DNA of 64,000 bases, taken from contig CM119268.1 of NCBI GenBank assembly GCA_051294375.1, positions 3,251,856 to 3,315,855 of the forward strand, given 5' to 3'. This stretch comes from Paraspadella gotoi. Taxonomy: Eukaryota > Animalia > Chaetognatha. The translations under genes and the position numbers were made by a program. Below, piece by piece: positions 25,791-36,800 of this stretch (position 1 is its first letter; each line of letters opens with the position of its first letter). The notes beneath the pieces are model-generated. The model was not told where the DNA came from, did no database searches, and was given only the letters and a program-made list of their open reading frames with translations.

Positions 25791-28700
25791 TCCTCTCTCC
25801 TCTCTCCATCTGCTCTCTCTCCTCTCTCCTCTCTCTCCCTCCTCTCCTCCTCTTCTCCCTCTACTTCTTTTGCTCCATCCCTTGTGTCTTTATGATTAAC
25901 TATTTCAACCCTAATTACATAACATAGCTACGGTCTTACTTACAGAAAAATCTCTTACCAAATTAATCCTAGTTGCGTGTTTAAAGATTCCACCACGCCC
26001 TTTCAAAAAATGCCAGATTAAGATTTTCAACCTTGAGGGTAATCAAACTACTCACAATTCTAACTCTTCTGCTCTATTTCTCTCTTCTCTCTCTCTCTTT
26101 CTCTCTCTCTCTCTCCTCTCCTCTCTCTCTCTCTCTCTTACTTTCTCTCTCTTCTCCTCCGCCGGTTTCCTCTTCTCCCGATATTCATTCGCCAAAAAGC
26201 GGAAGGCCCGTTGTCTTCACACCCGTCTCTTTTGCGCACCCTTCGCTCTCTGAGAGAGAAGAGAGTGCGAGAGGAGAGAGAGGGAGCTAAGAAACGCCCG
26301 GCGAAGGACGCCGACGAGAGAGAGAGGAGAGAGAGAGAGAGAGAGAGGAGATTAGAGAGGAGAGAGACGGAGGCGACCGGAAATGGAGTGAGCCGAAATA
26401 CATATAAAGATAAAAGTTTTTTTTTTTTTTTTTGCCTAAGTAATTTTTAATTTTAATAATATTATCAATTATCTTCTTTCCCGTTTTAATGGGGTAATAG
26501 TATATTCTATGAAAATAAATATTCTTATATGAGGCCGACCATGAATCCGGTCCTCTTCAACTTCATTATTTCTTTTCATTATTTTAAGTCAAGTCTTCAT
26601 ATATTTCCTTTCAGTTTTCCACAACGCTCGAACCGCGTTCTGAGGCGTCTTCGCAAGCAAAGCTTTTCAGTTTGTTTGTCGTCGTCTTGGAAACCAGATA
26701 ATACGAGACTCTTTGAAAATTTCTTCCGCTAACAAAGTTTGCTGTAAGCTGCGTTTTGTTGTTTGTTTTGTATGTAGTCGTCGTAAGATACAGATTAACG
26801 ACTTTTGAAAACGAAAAGAAATTGAAATATTTAAGAGAAAAAACAATCTTAGACCTGTGATGATGTTGTGGTGCTTGATGATGATGATGATGAGATGATA
26901 TGATGATGATTGATGATGATGATGATGATTGATGATGATGATGATGAAATATGAAACTGAGTAAGATTATCGATGAGTTTGCGACTGAATTATGAACCTG
27001 TAAGTCAACTTTTGGCTCAACTAGAGTTATCTTGTCGTTAAATCTGCACTAATTTTAATGCTGGTTAACTGGTTAACACAAAATGATTTCACAATTTAGA
27101 CCATAAACTGTGTTACTTAAAATTTCACGTTCATTTTTTATGAGAGAATAACGATCATTCACATAAAAATAATATAATTTATTAAAATAAAAATAAAATA
27201 CAAATTACAAACTCTCTTTATCCATCCACCCACCGTTTACTCCCTGAATTTTAAATTTAAGAACGAAGCCTCCGCACAAAAAATGTTGCCTTCAAACATT
27301 TCCGAGCTTTTCGCCGCCAGTCCAGAAACAAAGACCGCGGCGGCCCCGGCAACTCCGGCAGCCTCCCGGCAACGTCCTGGCCAGGCATTTCCTCGGCGCT
27401 CCTGGTATCTCGTTGAAGAACGAAAAAACTTCGAGGCGATTCTCCAACTTTTGCGCGTCTCGATGCTCTTATTATTTCCCGAAAAATCGGCGCGCTAACT
27501 CAAACCCACATTAGTCGAATTATCAGGATTGAAAAAAAAAAGTTAACTTAATGCTCGTCAATTAAACTTGGTAGTTAATAACTGAGCGATTAATCAAGAG
27601 ATCGTTCTTAGTTATTATTTTTCTTCCTTTTATATTATGCTCTTCTCAGAAAAAGCGACACCGAAGAAATAAAAAGATACAAAAGGACTCGGTCGGAAGT
27701 GCAATGGTTAGTGACGTGGCGCACGACGCCGTCACCCTGCTCTCACACAAGCAAGAGCAGAAATTCTGATTTATCCTCTTACGGTGTTGTATGCCAAAAA
27801 CGACAAGTTGTTTTGCATTTGAATGTCACTCGCTCTCTCAGATCTTATTCGTGGCTATTAGTCATTAATACTAGATGGTCTAATCTACCATCAGCTTCAT
27901 ATATATCCGTTGCTCGAATTTTTTTTGTCTCATGAAGCTATTAAGTTTGGTGATACTCATGAAAATATATTGTAGAAGTTGTGTGGAGGCTTAATCTTTT
28001 TAAATTGAGTGAATTTTAATGCATTTCCATGTGCAACTTTTCATGTTCGTGTCATTCATCGTACTCTTGGTAGTGATCCGTTGTGATAAATTCAGCATTT
28101 ATTTGATATTGGATTAGTGCAAGTTAGTTGTTTCTCTATGACTATGTATAAATGTAGGTTCTCTCATTTAGGCTTATAAGTGCCTATAGGCTGCTCGAGC
28201 TACTAGAGCGTGTTATAATCAGTTATAATATATTGCTCATTCTACATTAAATACGTCATACAATATCTGCTTTCAATTATATATGGTATATATGTTAATT
28301 AAAATTTTCATACTCTGACTTGCATTTTATTTTTGGAAAGTTATTTCATACCCGGCAGGCGAAACCGTTTCCTCAACGGCCTTCTTATTGCCTAAAAGGA
28401 TTCTGTCAGCTCTCCAGCTCCGTGGCCTCAGAGGAAAGTGCGTGGCTAGGACTTTACGCCCCACATTATCCGAATGGCCGCTTATGGCGCACCATTCCGT
28501 TCATTATTTATCGGTCTGAGACAACTGGCTTCGTTATGCCGCTCTCGCTGATCACAGAAAATACTCTGCGTGAAACAGACAGCAGCTCTCGACGTCTCGC
28601 GAGGACTACTTCGAGTCACAACGTCAGCGATAGTTCGACAAAAATCTCAGAGAAATATGACGTATCCTACAGCAGCTGTCGATTGTCCGAGGTCTGTTTT

Positions 28701-31629
28701 TTCTTTGATTGAACTACACCTAATTTTAAAATTTTTGGGGAAATGTACTGAAAATTTGCAAACTTCACTTGTTTCACCGTATTTGTCATGTATTTTTTTA
28801 ATAGTGTGTTATATTGAAGTTGATTTTTCTCATTATATATGTAATAAATCTGTATATTCTCTATGTTAATTAATAGTTGTTAGTGAGTATACATTATCAT
28901 ATAAAATATTTAATTATAACTTATTCATATATAACATAAAAATAATTCTCTATTTTGAGTATGCGTAGAAGAATAACAAAAGTTTGTTGTCTTCTCGGAA
29001 TAGCGAAGGAGCATCTCTACAACACAAGGTTAGATTACTATATATCTATATTATTATTATTATTATCAATATCTATATTATTTTGATATGCGATGCAAGC
29101 CTAAAACATTTACTAAATAAGATAACGGTAAGTTAAATATTTTTTCTAATTGAAAAATTTCGCGGGAATATGTTAGGGAGCCTCCCACTTTCTAAAATCG
29201 TGAAATCGACACAATTTCGACGACGACGATGACAACAATTGAACACACCCATGACGACGAAGGCCCAAAATGTATTTCGACCATTGATCGGCTTGGAACT
29301 TAAAACTGAAGAATAGAAGCCGCTTGATCAAGCGCGAGTCAGGACTTGACATGCATTTTGACATGCGCGCGTATACGTTGAAAGACTATAAATAGAGAAA
29401 AGGAAAGATATTAAAAATTTCTAATCTAAAGATTAAAAGAGAGAAATAAAAATAGAGCGGCCATTTTTTTATAAAAACAAAAAAAGGAAAATAAATTTCA
29501 GGGTTAAGTAAATCACTAAATTTACAATTTGAAGAGACATAATTATTGTTATGTGTTAGTAACAGAACCGTTCAATATAGCAGTCCGTGAGCTTTGCTGA
29601 TCAGGCTGTAACACGTGTGACGGGCGCGGTTAAGCGCCCCGTCCCTTCTAAAACTGCTAGGCGACTCACTGGCTAGAATTCCCGACCTTTGCGGCTTGCA
29701 GAGGCGAATGACTTGCCTCCGGCACCAATGGCGCTGGATGAACAGTTGGGTGCGATTTTTAGTCACCATACATCCCTCCCTCCAGTAGAGAGAAGTCTGT
29801 TGTGTCTCTCAGTGAATTGTTGTTGTTGGTTGGAAAGGTTCATCCACCAAGTTGAGGCATTGTCGCCGTGATGTGTTGTTGCAGGAAAGTGCACGCCAGG
29901 TTTAGGCACATGTCGCCTGAAGTGTTGTTGATGCTGTTGTGTTGAGGTTATAAGGAGGACCGTACGACCATTCTCACGATTTTATGACAGTATTTTCTTA
30001 TTTGTTTATATCTTTTAGTGTGACCAAGAATTTAATATAAGCAGATTTACGCTAGAGAATCTTTTTATGAATCCGATCTCTCGTTTTGTTGTACAGGCGG
30101 GCGTCTCAAGGCGAGACCCCATTACACTACGTGTGTAAGCTGCTATGCCCTCGACCTACAAACCAGGGGCTCAAGTATCATCGCAGAATATATTTGGTCC
30201 CTCTCGAGACAGATATAAATCAATATGACTTCGTGCCTCCTGCACCAATATGGCCCTGTGTAATGAAACGGAATATATGAGACGTAGGATTTTAGTTCTG
30301 ACCATACACGAAAAAATGTGACCTAATGAGGGAAGATTAGGACGGTCTCGAGTGTCACAGTGCAGCGAGTAGCTGGCAACTCTCAGAGAACAAAAAAGAG
30401 ATAAAATAAATAATACCACACTTTTATTTTATCCAAACCAAATTCTCGCGCATAATTCGTCCCTACGCAACCATCTTGGCCCTTCTACCGGAACCTTTCT
30501 CCTCCCCCTGCCTAACCGACAGAGCAAAGGAACCAAGTGCCTCTTCCTCCTCCCGGCAAGTAGTGAATGCTCGAAATACGACGGGCCGAACAATCCACGC
30601 AGTTAAACGCTCCGCCGGACNNNNNNNNNNNNNNNNNNNNNNNNNAAAAAAAAAGAAAAAAAAACGGATTTTCTCGTTATTTGAATTTTTTCCACGAACT
30701 AATGATTTTTTTTTTTCTAAACAAACTACAATTTTCAAAGACAAAAATTACAAAAACTACTACGCTGTGTTGTATCAAAGAAAAAAAACCACTCACGCTG
30801 TGTTGTATCATTTTGTTTCCATCGAATCGAAAAACCGTCGTAACCGTCGTGTTGTACAGAGTATTTTCTGTGAAGGGAACGCCCACCTTGGACGGAGTGG
30901 TCAGAGAGGTTAGAGTGGTCCGAGAAATACAAATAAATTAACAATTAAATGATTACCTTTAAAAAAGAGATTGATCGAAATTAAGAATGAGCAACTGATT
31001 AAACTTATAGCCTATAGCCTATAGTTTATAGCCTATAGCCTATTTTCTAGTTCAAACAACGACGTCGATAACAAGGACCAAATGAGAGAGAATGAAAAAT
31101 GAAAGTTGAGAAAGATTAAAAGATTAAAATTTAAAAGATTAACCATTTACAAAATTTTATAAAACTTAGTAAAAAAAATTCAAAACGAATAAGTAACATC
31201 ATAACCATGCCTACTTTTACGGTTGACATTATGTACCTTAAAATTCAACTGCTGCTTCTTGAGGGTCGCGTCTGTCAGCATTGACCATTCGGTGTCGCTT
31301 TTTCTAAGAAAATAATATAAAAGAAGAAAAATAATAACTAGACGATCTCTGATTAATCGTTTATTAACCAATTTAATTGAGAGCATTAGTTAACTTTTTT
31401 TTTTCAACCTGATAAACTCGACTTTGGGTTTGAGTTTAGCCCCGATTTTTCGGGAAATAACATCGAGACCCAAAAGTTGGAGAATCGCCTCGAAGTTTTC
31501 GTTCTTCACGAGATACCAGGAGCCGAGGAAATCCTGGCCGACGTTGCCGGAGCTGCCGGAGTTGCCGGGGCCGCCGCCGGTCTTTGTTTCTGGACTGGCG
31601 GCGAAAACTCGGAAAATGTTGAACAACAT
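25607..31629 (-). CDS. FABP: Fatty-acid-binding protein (FABP/iLBP, calycin fold), spliced four-exon gene; exon 4 boundaries uncertain, intron 3 inflated by duplicated and mosaic sequence
   Basis: Joined translation: MLFNIFRVFAASPETKTGGGPGNSGSSGNVG-QDFLGSWYLVKNENFEAILQLLGLDVISRKIGAKLKPKVEFIR|KSDTEWSMLTDATLKKQQLNFK|VGVPFTENTLYNTTVTTVFRFDGNKMIQHS|...LGDDKPSRNIRVERLVKGLLMTETITSGATIARRIYDR. Follows the FABP pattern FxGxW-L-xxENF...LG...RK...KP, FKxG..F.E, DGNK..Q, ..ER.. and R-x-Y. Introns 1 and 2 have GT/AG ends in compatible phases. Confidence 0.88.
25865..27665. repeat. Inverted duplicate of 31288-32453 plus ~33870-34076
   Basis: 26405-27665 is the reverse complement of 31288-32453; 25865-26100 is the reverse complement of ~33870-34076 (e.g. 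CCACGCCCTTTCAAAAAATGC versus GCATTTTTTGAAGGGCGTGG). Confidence 0.88.
27283..27665 (+). pseudogene. Inverted, frameshifted partial copy of FABP exon 1, intron 1 and start of exon 2 (likely noisy-read duplicate)
   Basis: Reverse complement of ~31288-31629 with many 1-nt indels; motifs FAASPETKT, SWYLV and NFEAILQLL are visible. Breaks abruptly after GCGACACCGAA at ~27665. Confidence 0.8.
30097..30228 (+). pseudogene. Ankyrin-repeat coding fragment in the mosaic block (noisy)
   Basis: After acceptor-like TTTTGTTGTACAG| it reads SQGETPLHYVCKLL...(IIAEYLV with an indel)...ETDINQYD, matching the ankyrin consensus GxTPLHxA...IVxxLL...DINxxD. Confidence 0.5.
30621..30645. other. Fixed-length 25-N assembly gap (also 1435-1459, 18030-18054, 32455-32479, 34077-34101, 46471-46495, 57798-57822)
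   Basis: Seven gaps of exactly 25 N; eight other gaps have variable length. Confidence 0.95.
30797..30886 (-). CDS. FABP: FABP exon 3
   Basis: Acceptor CCAAG|, 90 nt encoding VGVPFTENTLYNTTVTTVFRFDGNKMIQHS, consensus donor |GTGAGT; phase 0 at both ends. Confidence 0.9.
31237..31303 (-). CDS. FABP: FABP exon 2
   Basis: Pyrimidine-rich acceptor ending TTCTTAG, 67 nt encoding (R)KSDTEWSMLTDATLKKQQLNFK, donor AAG|GTACAT. Completes the phase-2 codon from exon 1 across a 105-nt intron. Confidence 0.9.
31409..31629 (-). CDS. FABP: FABP exon 1 (ATG at 31629; phase-2 donor AG|GTTGAA)
   Basis: 221 nt = 73 codons + 2 nt; contains DFLGSWYLVKNENFEAILQLLG...RKIGAKLKPKVEF. The start codon is tentative. 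Confidence 0.9.
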
Positions 31630-31941
31630 TTTTTTTTCAGTTTGTTTTAATTTTAAATTTCGGAGTAACGGTGGAGGATAAAGAGAGTTTGTATTTGTAT
31701 TTTATTTTTATTTTAATAAATTAGATTATTTTTAATGTGAATGATCGTTATTCTCTCATAAAAAATGACGCGATATTTAAGTAACCAGTTTATGGTCTAA
31801 ATTGTGAAATCATTTTGTGTTACCAGTTAACCAGCATTAAAATTAGTCAGATTTAACGACAAGATAACTTAGTTGACGCCAAAGTTGATTACAGGTTCAT
31901 ATTTCATCGCAAACTCATCGGATATCTTCCTAGTTTCATAA

Positions 31942-31972
<31 letters not shown>

Positions 31973-32508
31973 CGATCATCCGATCAATCAACAACAACAA
32001 TCATCATCACAGTTATAAGATTTTTTTCTCTTAGAATTATTTTCAATTTTTTTTCGTTTTCAAAAAGTCGTTAATGTATCTTCACGACGACTACAACAAC
32101 AACAACAACAAAAACGCAGCTTAAGCAAAACTTGTTAGCGGAAGAAATTTTCAAAGAGTCTCGTAATTATCTGGTTTCCAAGACGACGACAAACAAACTG
32201 AAAGCTTTGCTTGCGAGACGCCTCAGAAACGCGAGCGTTAGTGGAAAACTGAAGGAAATATATTGAAACTTGACTTAAAATTAATGAAAATAAATCATGA
32301 GATTGAGAGAGAGACGGATCATAAGTCGCCTCAATATAGATATTTAATTTCATAAGATATACTATTACCTTAAAGAAAACGGAAAGAGATATTGATTATA
32401 TTATTAAAATAAAAAATTACTTAGCAAAAAAAAAAAAAACTTTATCTTTCCATANNNNNNNNNNNNNNNNNNNNNNNNNTGATTTACGACTCACACCTGC
32501 TTTCTAGC

Positions 32509-32561
<53 letters not shown>

Positions 32562-33835
32562 CTCTCCTCTCACTTTCTCTCTCCTCTCTCTCCTTCTCCT
32601 CTCTCTCCCCTTCCACAAGTTATGAGATCTCTAATACCATGCTTAACATTCTATAACATCTATAAATATCCGTACTTTGCGGCTGTCCTCGATATTCTAG
32701 TTCGGTTCCGCCCAAAATTCGCTAAGTACCGACTTTCCGAGCCTTTGTCCTATCTATTCCCCGCTCTTTATCCGCCCCTTCTCCCGTCTTTGTCCTTAGA
32801 GTTTTCATTGTCCTTTACCATTCGTCCTCATAGTAGGCGTCACATTCCTGCAGTCCTTCTGCCGTCGCTCATTGTCCTTTCGTTTTGGACCCTATCTAGG
32901 ACTTTGTCCCCCCTCCCTTTCGCCTTTCTCATCGGCCCGCGAGTCAGTTCTTTCCGCGACCTCTGATGAACCTTCGGCATTTCGTTTGACCTAACGACCT
33001 CAGATGATCCTCGCGGTCACGCTATCTCAAAATCAACTGACCGACCGATGGAATCTCCCATTACTGCGGCTGCGACCTTGTCTGTGATGCATGCTGAATC
33101 TAACTGATGAGGCTACTTGAATTCTGCTTTCCTGACGCTCGGAAGCTGCTATTCTTATTCTGATGCTCCGATTGATGTAATTTTTCCATTAAATTATCGT
33201 CGTTCTTTTCGTGCCATTTAAATAGCAAGGCTGATTACCGACGACTTGACCCGACTGTCGCTTCAAAGCCGCCACCTTTCCAGTTTCCTACCTGCGGACT
33301 TGCTCGTTTTGGTTAATCATCGGTTTTAGGAGAAAAAATTCACTTGGTGCCGAAAGAAGCTGACCTGTTTGTGGCAGAGGACTAGAAAGGAGTCGAATGC
33401 TGCAGAGAGAAATGCTGGGGGGATTGATGGATCATGGTTGAAGGAGAGAAATGCTTGGGAGATCGAAGAATTAGTATCAGTGGTTTTAAGTATATTGCAT
33501 ACAAATAAAAATATGTATGATTCGTATATGCTATTTTCCCCCAACACGAAATGAGGGCAATTCTTACGGAGGTGAAACTTTAATCACGATTTTTCGTAAT
33601 AGTAAATAAGTTAATCGAAGTATTATCCACCAATGCGAGCAAGTTCAATTAAGGTGAATCTCACATAATTAACTATCGACATAGTTAATATATATATATA
33701 AATACTTGTTTCCTATTTTTACCTATTTATTTATTTTATTTATGATTTTTTATTTAAAATACATATTTATTTATTCATTATTTGTTAAATCTAATTTGTC
33801 TAAAATATATCGAAATCTTATATATTTTTATCTGT
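31425..33835. repeat. Direct duplicate of 46496-48915
   Basis: Colinear over ~2.4 kb, including an identical stretch CACGATCATCCGATCAATCAACAACAACAATCATCATCACAGTTATAAG at 31971 and 47031. Confidence 0.9.
32620..33489 (+). CDS. Second noisy copy of the candidate LRR-like exon
   Basis: Colinear direct copy of 47657-48568 (shared tag ACGACTTGACCCGACTGTCGC); includes LLPSLIVLSF and KERNAWEIEEL. Confidence 0.38.
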
Positions 33836-36800
33836 TGTGATCTCTCCGAGAGAGAGAAAGAGAGAAATAGAGAGAGAGTAGAATTGTGAGTAGTTTGTAC
33901 CCTCAAGGTGAAAATCTTAATCTGCATTTTTTGAAGGGCGTGGTGGGAATCTTTAAACAACGGCAACTAGGATTAAATTTGGTAAGGATTTCGTAAAGTA
34001 AACGTAGCTTATTTAATGTAAATTAGGGTTGAATAGTTAAATCATAAGTACACAAAAGAGTGAGCAAAAGAAGAGANNNNNNNNNNNNNNNNNNNNNNNN
34101 NCGCCAATGCGGCGTCGAGCGCGGCAACGCTGATTAACACGAGAGCGGTGTGTTGGAAAGTGTCACTTTACTTCGCGGGCTGGAAAAGACGGAAGAGAAA
34201 TTTCGAATTCCGGGCGACAGGGATGAAACAGTTATATGACATATATAATATGATTCACATAGCTAATATGTATTATAAATTTGGAGTGTAATTGCTGAAC
34301 CAACCGAACTTGACACCGCACACTTGACATAGGCTGGCCACTTATGCTAACACATCCACTGAGATAAGATTCAATATATATGTAACTAATAACTCACAGA
34401 CATAGAACCGTATAGCGCAGGTACCACACACGCGAAACATCCTCGCGGCTCACGATTCACGAAATCCTGTTTTGTAGAGTCCAGACGAAGTATTTGCGCA
34501 CTCTTCGGATGCTACATTTCCGCTGACTAGTTCGCATCTCTGGACAGGTTTCGATCAATGGCGGCGCCTGGCGCAATTCCATCAGCGCCTCCCGCGGCGG
34601 CCAATAGACCTGAAACGCAAGATCCGCGAGGCTGACGCAAAAAGTCTCTTTTTTGGTTCGGGACAGCAAAAACTAATGGAGTCCCCTGCCATCGAGCAGA
34701 CTCCAAGAGTGGGATCAGGATGTATCCTCTACTGCCTTTGCGTAGGGGGCGACGGAGATTTAAGTACTCCTAAGTTCAACCTTACGTTGAGCGAGGGCTG
34801 ATGCAAGTAGGACTATCGGTGTTGGTATGCGGATTCGTAATATGTACCACTTAAAGGATCTAGCGACGTACTGCACTATTGTTTCGCGTAAGAACGTTTT
34901 TATTTAAAGCGTTAGAGACTATGTTTTTCAAGAACTCAATTATGAATCAGCCAAAAGCGATTGTCAAAAGCGGAGACACACAATATTAGTTAATTTAAAT
35001 TTCTTAACTAAGTCGATGAATCTCCATCGAAAATAATAACCTTAAACGTAACGTGTAAACTCTTATCAAAATTTATCAGAGATTTTGCCAGTCTTACTTC
35101 TTATAACTTAGTAGCAAATAACTGCATTGATGAAAAATGAAAAGCTAAAGCATGCAGCAAGTATTTTTATTGTTCGCATGTTAAATAATGTTAAAAATAC
35201 CTACCAAAGACAACTCTCCATCGAGCAAAAATTTGACTGAAGGGAACAATCTAATAATAGTTTATAAGTACTGCCGTGTATTCTCAATAGCTTCTTGCAT
35301 TCTGTCACCGGAAAACCCCGGAGGTAGAGTGTGCGCGGACGCGGGCAAGGATGTTGTCCCCCAGTGGCTTTCCCCGGATCTTCGATCCCGGATTCCGTTT
35401 GGCCTCCCGATGATCTTTTGTTCAAAATGTTGAAGATTTCGAGATTCGAAAGGCAGACGAAATTGGAGTCATCCCTTCAATAGTCTGCTTGCGTCCGTCG
35501 TCGCTCGTCTGCTTCGTCTGCGTTCTCGACCTCATGCGTCTTCCTCCTTGTCCGTCGTCGCTCATATTCTTGCGCGTCCCTCCTCATCGATGGTTGCCGA
35601 GTCGGATCCCTCCCTCATCCGCTGCGTTCGCATTCACGTCTCTACATTTCACCTCTGCTCCAGCGCCGGTCCAGTATTCTAGCTCTCGCGTGCGCGCGAT
35701 GCTCAACGTCTAGCGACCTCAAGCCGATATTTCTCGTTGCGTCGAGGCGTTCGTTCCTGTTACTTCTACACGGGATTCGTGAATTCGGCGCCGAGAAGAG
35801 TGAGGGCTGAGTGTGAGGAAGATATGAGGGGTTTCATTCCACAGAATGGGGTTGAGCTTTGGTACTCTAACCGACGCAGAAAATGTGAGTCAACAAAAGA
35901 GAACATGCGAGAGAGATAGTTTTTTTATAAAAAATATCATTTATGAAGGAAATGAAGAGGAAAAAAAATTACTTCTAATGTATTTCGTGGATAATTTTCG
36001 GGTGTGTTTGAAGGGGCGGCATGCTCTGAAAAAACATAGTCTAGGCGCAAGGTAAACGTATAGGTTGATTTCTAAATTTGTTGACCACATACCTGCCGCG
36101 TCGCTTGAGTGTGTTCGTGGTTTTTATGGCGATATTTGCTTTTTCGAGGAGCTATTTAGAGAGGCCCATCACCAATCAGCTTTAGAACTGTTATTTAAAT
36201 CTTTCTATTAATGAGGAGTCTACCGGGGTTTTTGGAATGCCCTAAAGTGAATTTCAATTAAGGAGTAATTTCTTGGGAGTAAAAAAAAATATAGATTTGT
36301 ATTTTTTTAAAATACTCATTATTACTTTTTTGAATTTTTTAAAGCTTATTTTGGCTTTTTTTTTTTCGCTTTTAACCTCTAAACGTTCACAAATTAATTA
36401 CTATATAAATGATATTATTTTTTATTTAGACTTGATACTTTGCTTATCTCTTATGTTATTATAATTTTATACACATATCTATCTCATATTTTTTTCTATT
36501 TCTTTATCTTGATCCAAACTTTGAGATTAAAGTTAACCCTTACCCCTGAGGGCGTGTAAGGCATCCACAACTAGGGACACGTCCATTAAATTACACGGTC
36601 TCGGGCTTCCGCAACGTGAACCTCCGGTAATTCATTTTTATGAACTTTAACATTTTACAGGTTTAGAACGCCATGGCGGTGGGTTACGGGATTACTGCAC
36701 AAACATTGGCACGACATAACGATTTTTTTTTTCGGAGAGAATAATTCATCGGTTTTCGTCAGCAAAGTTTATCACTGTTTGACGCAGTGGCAATTACTTA

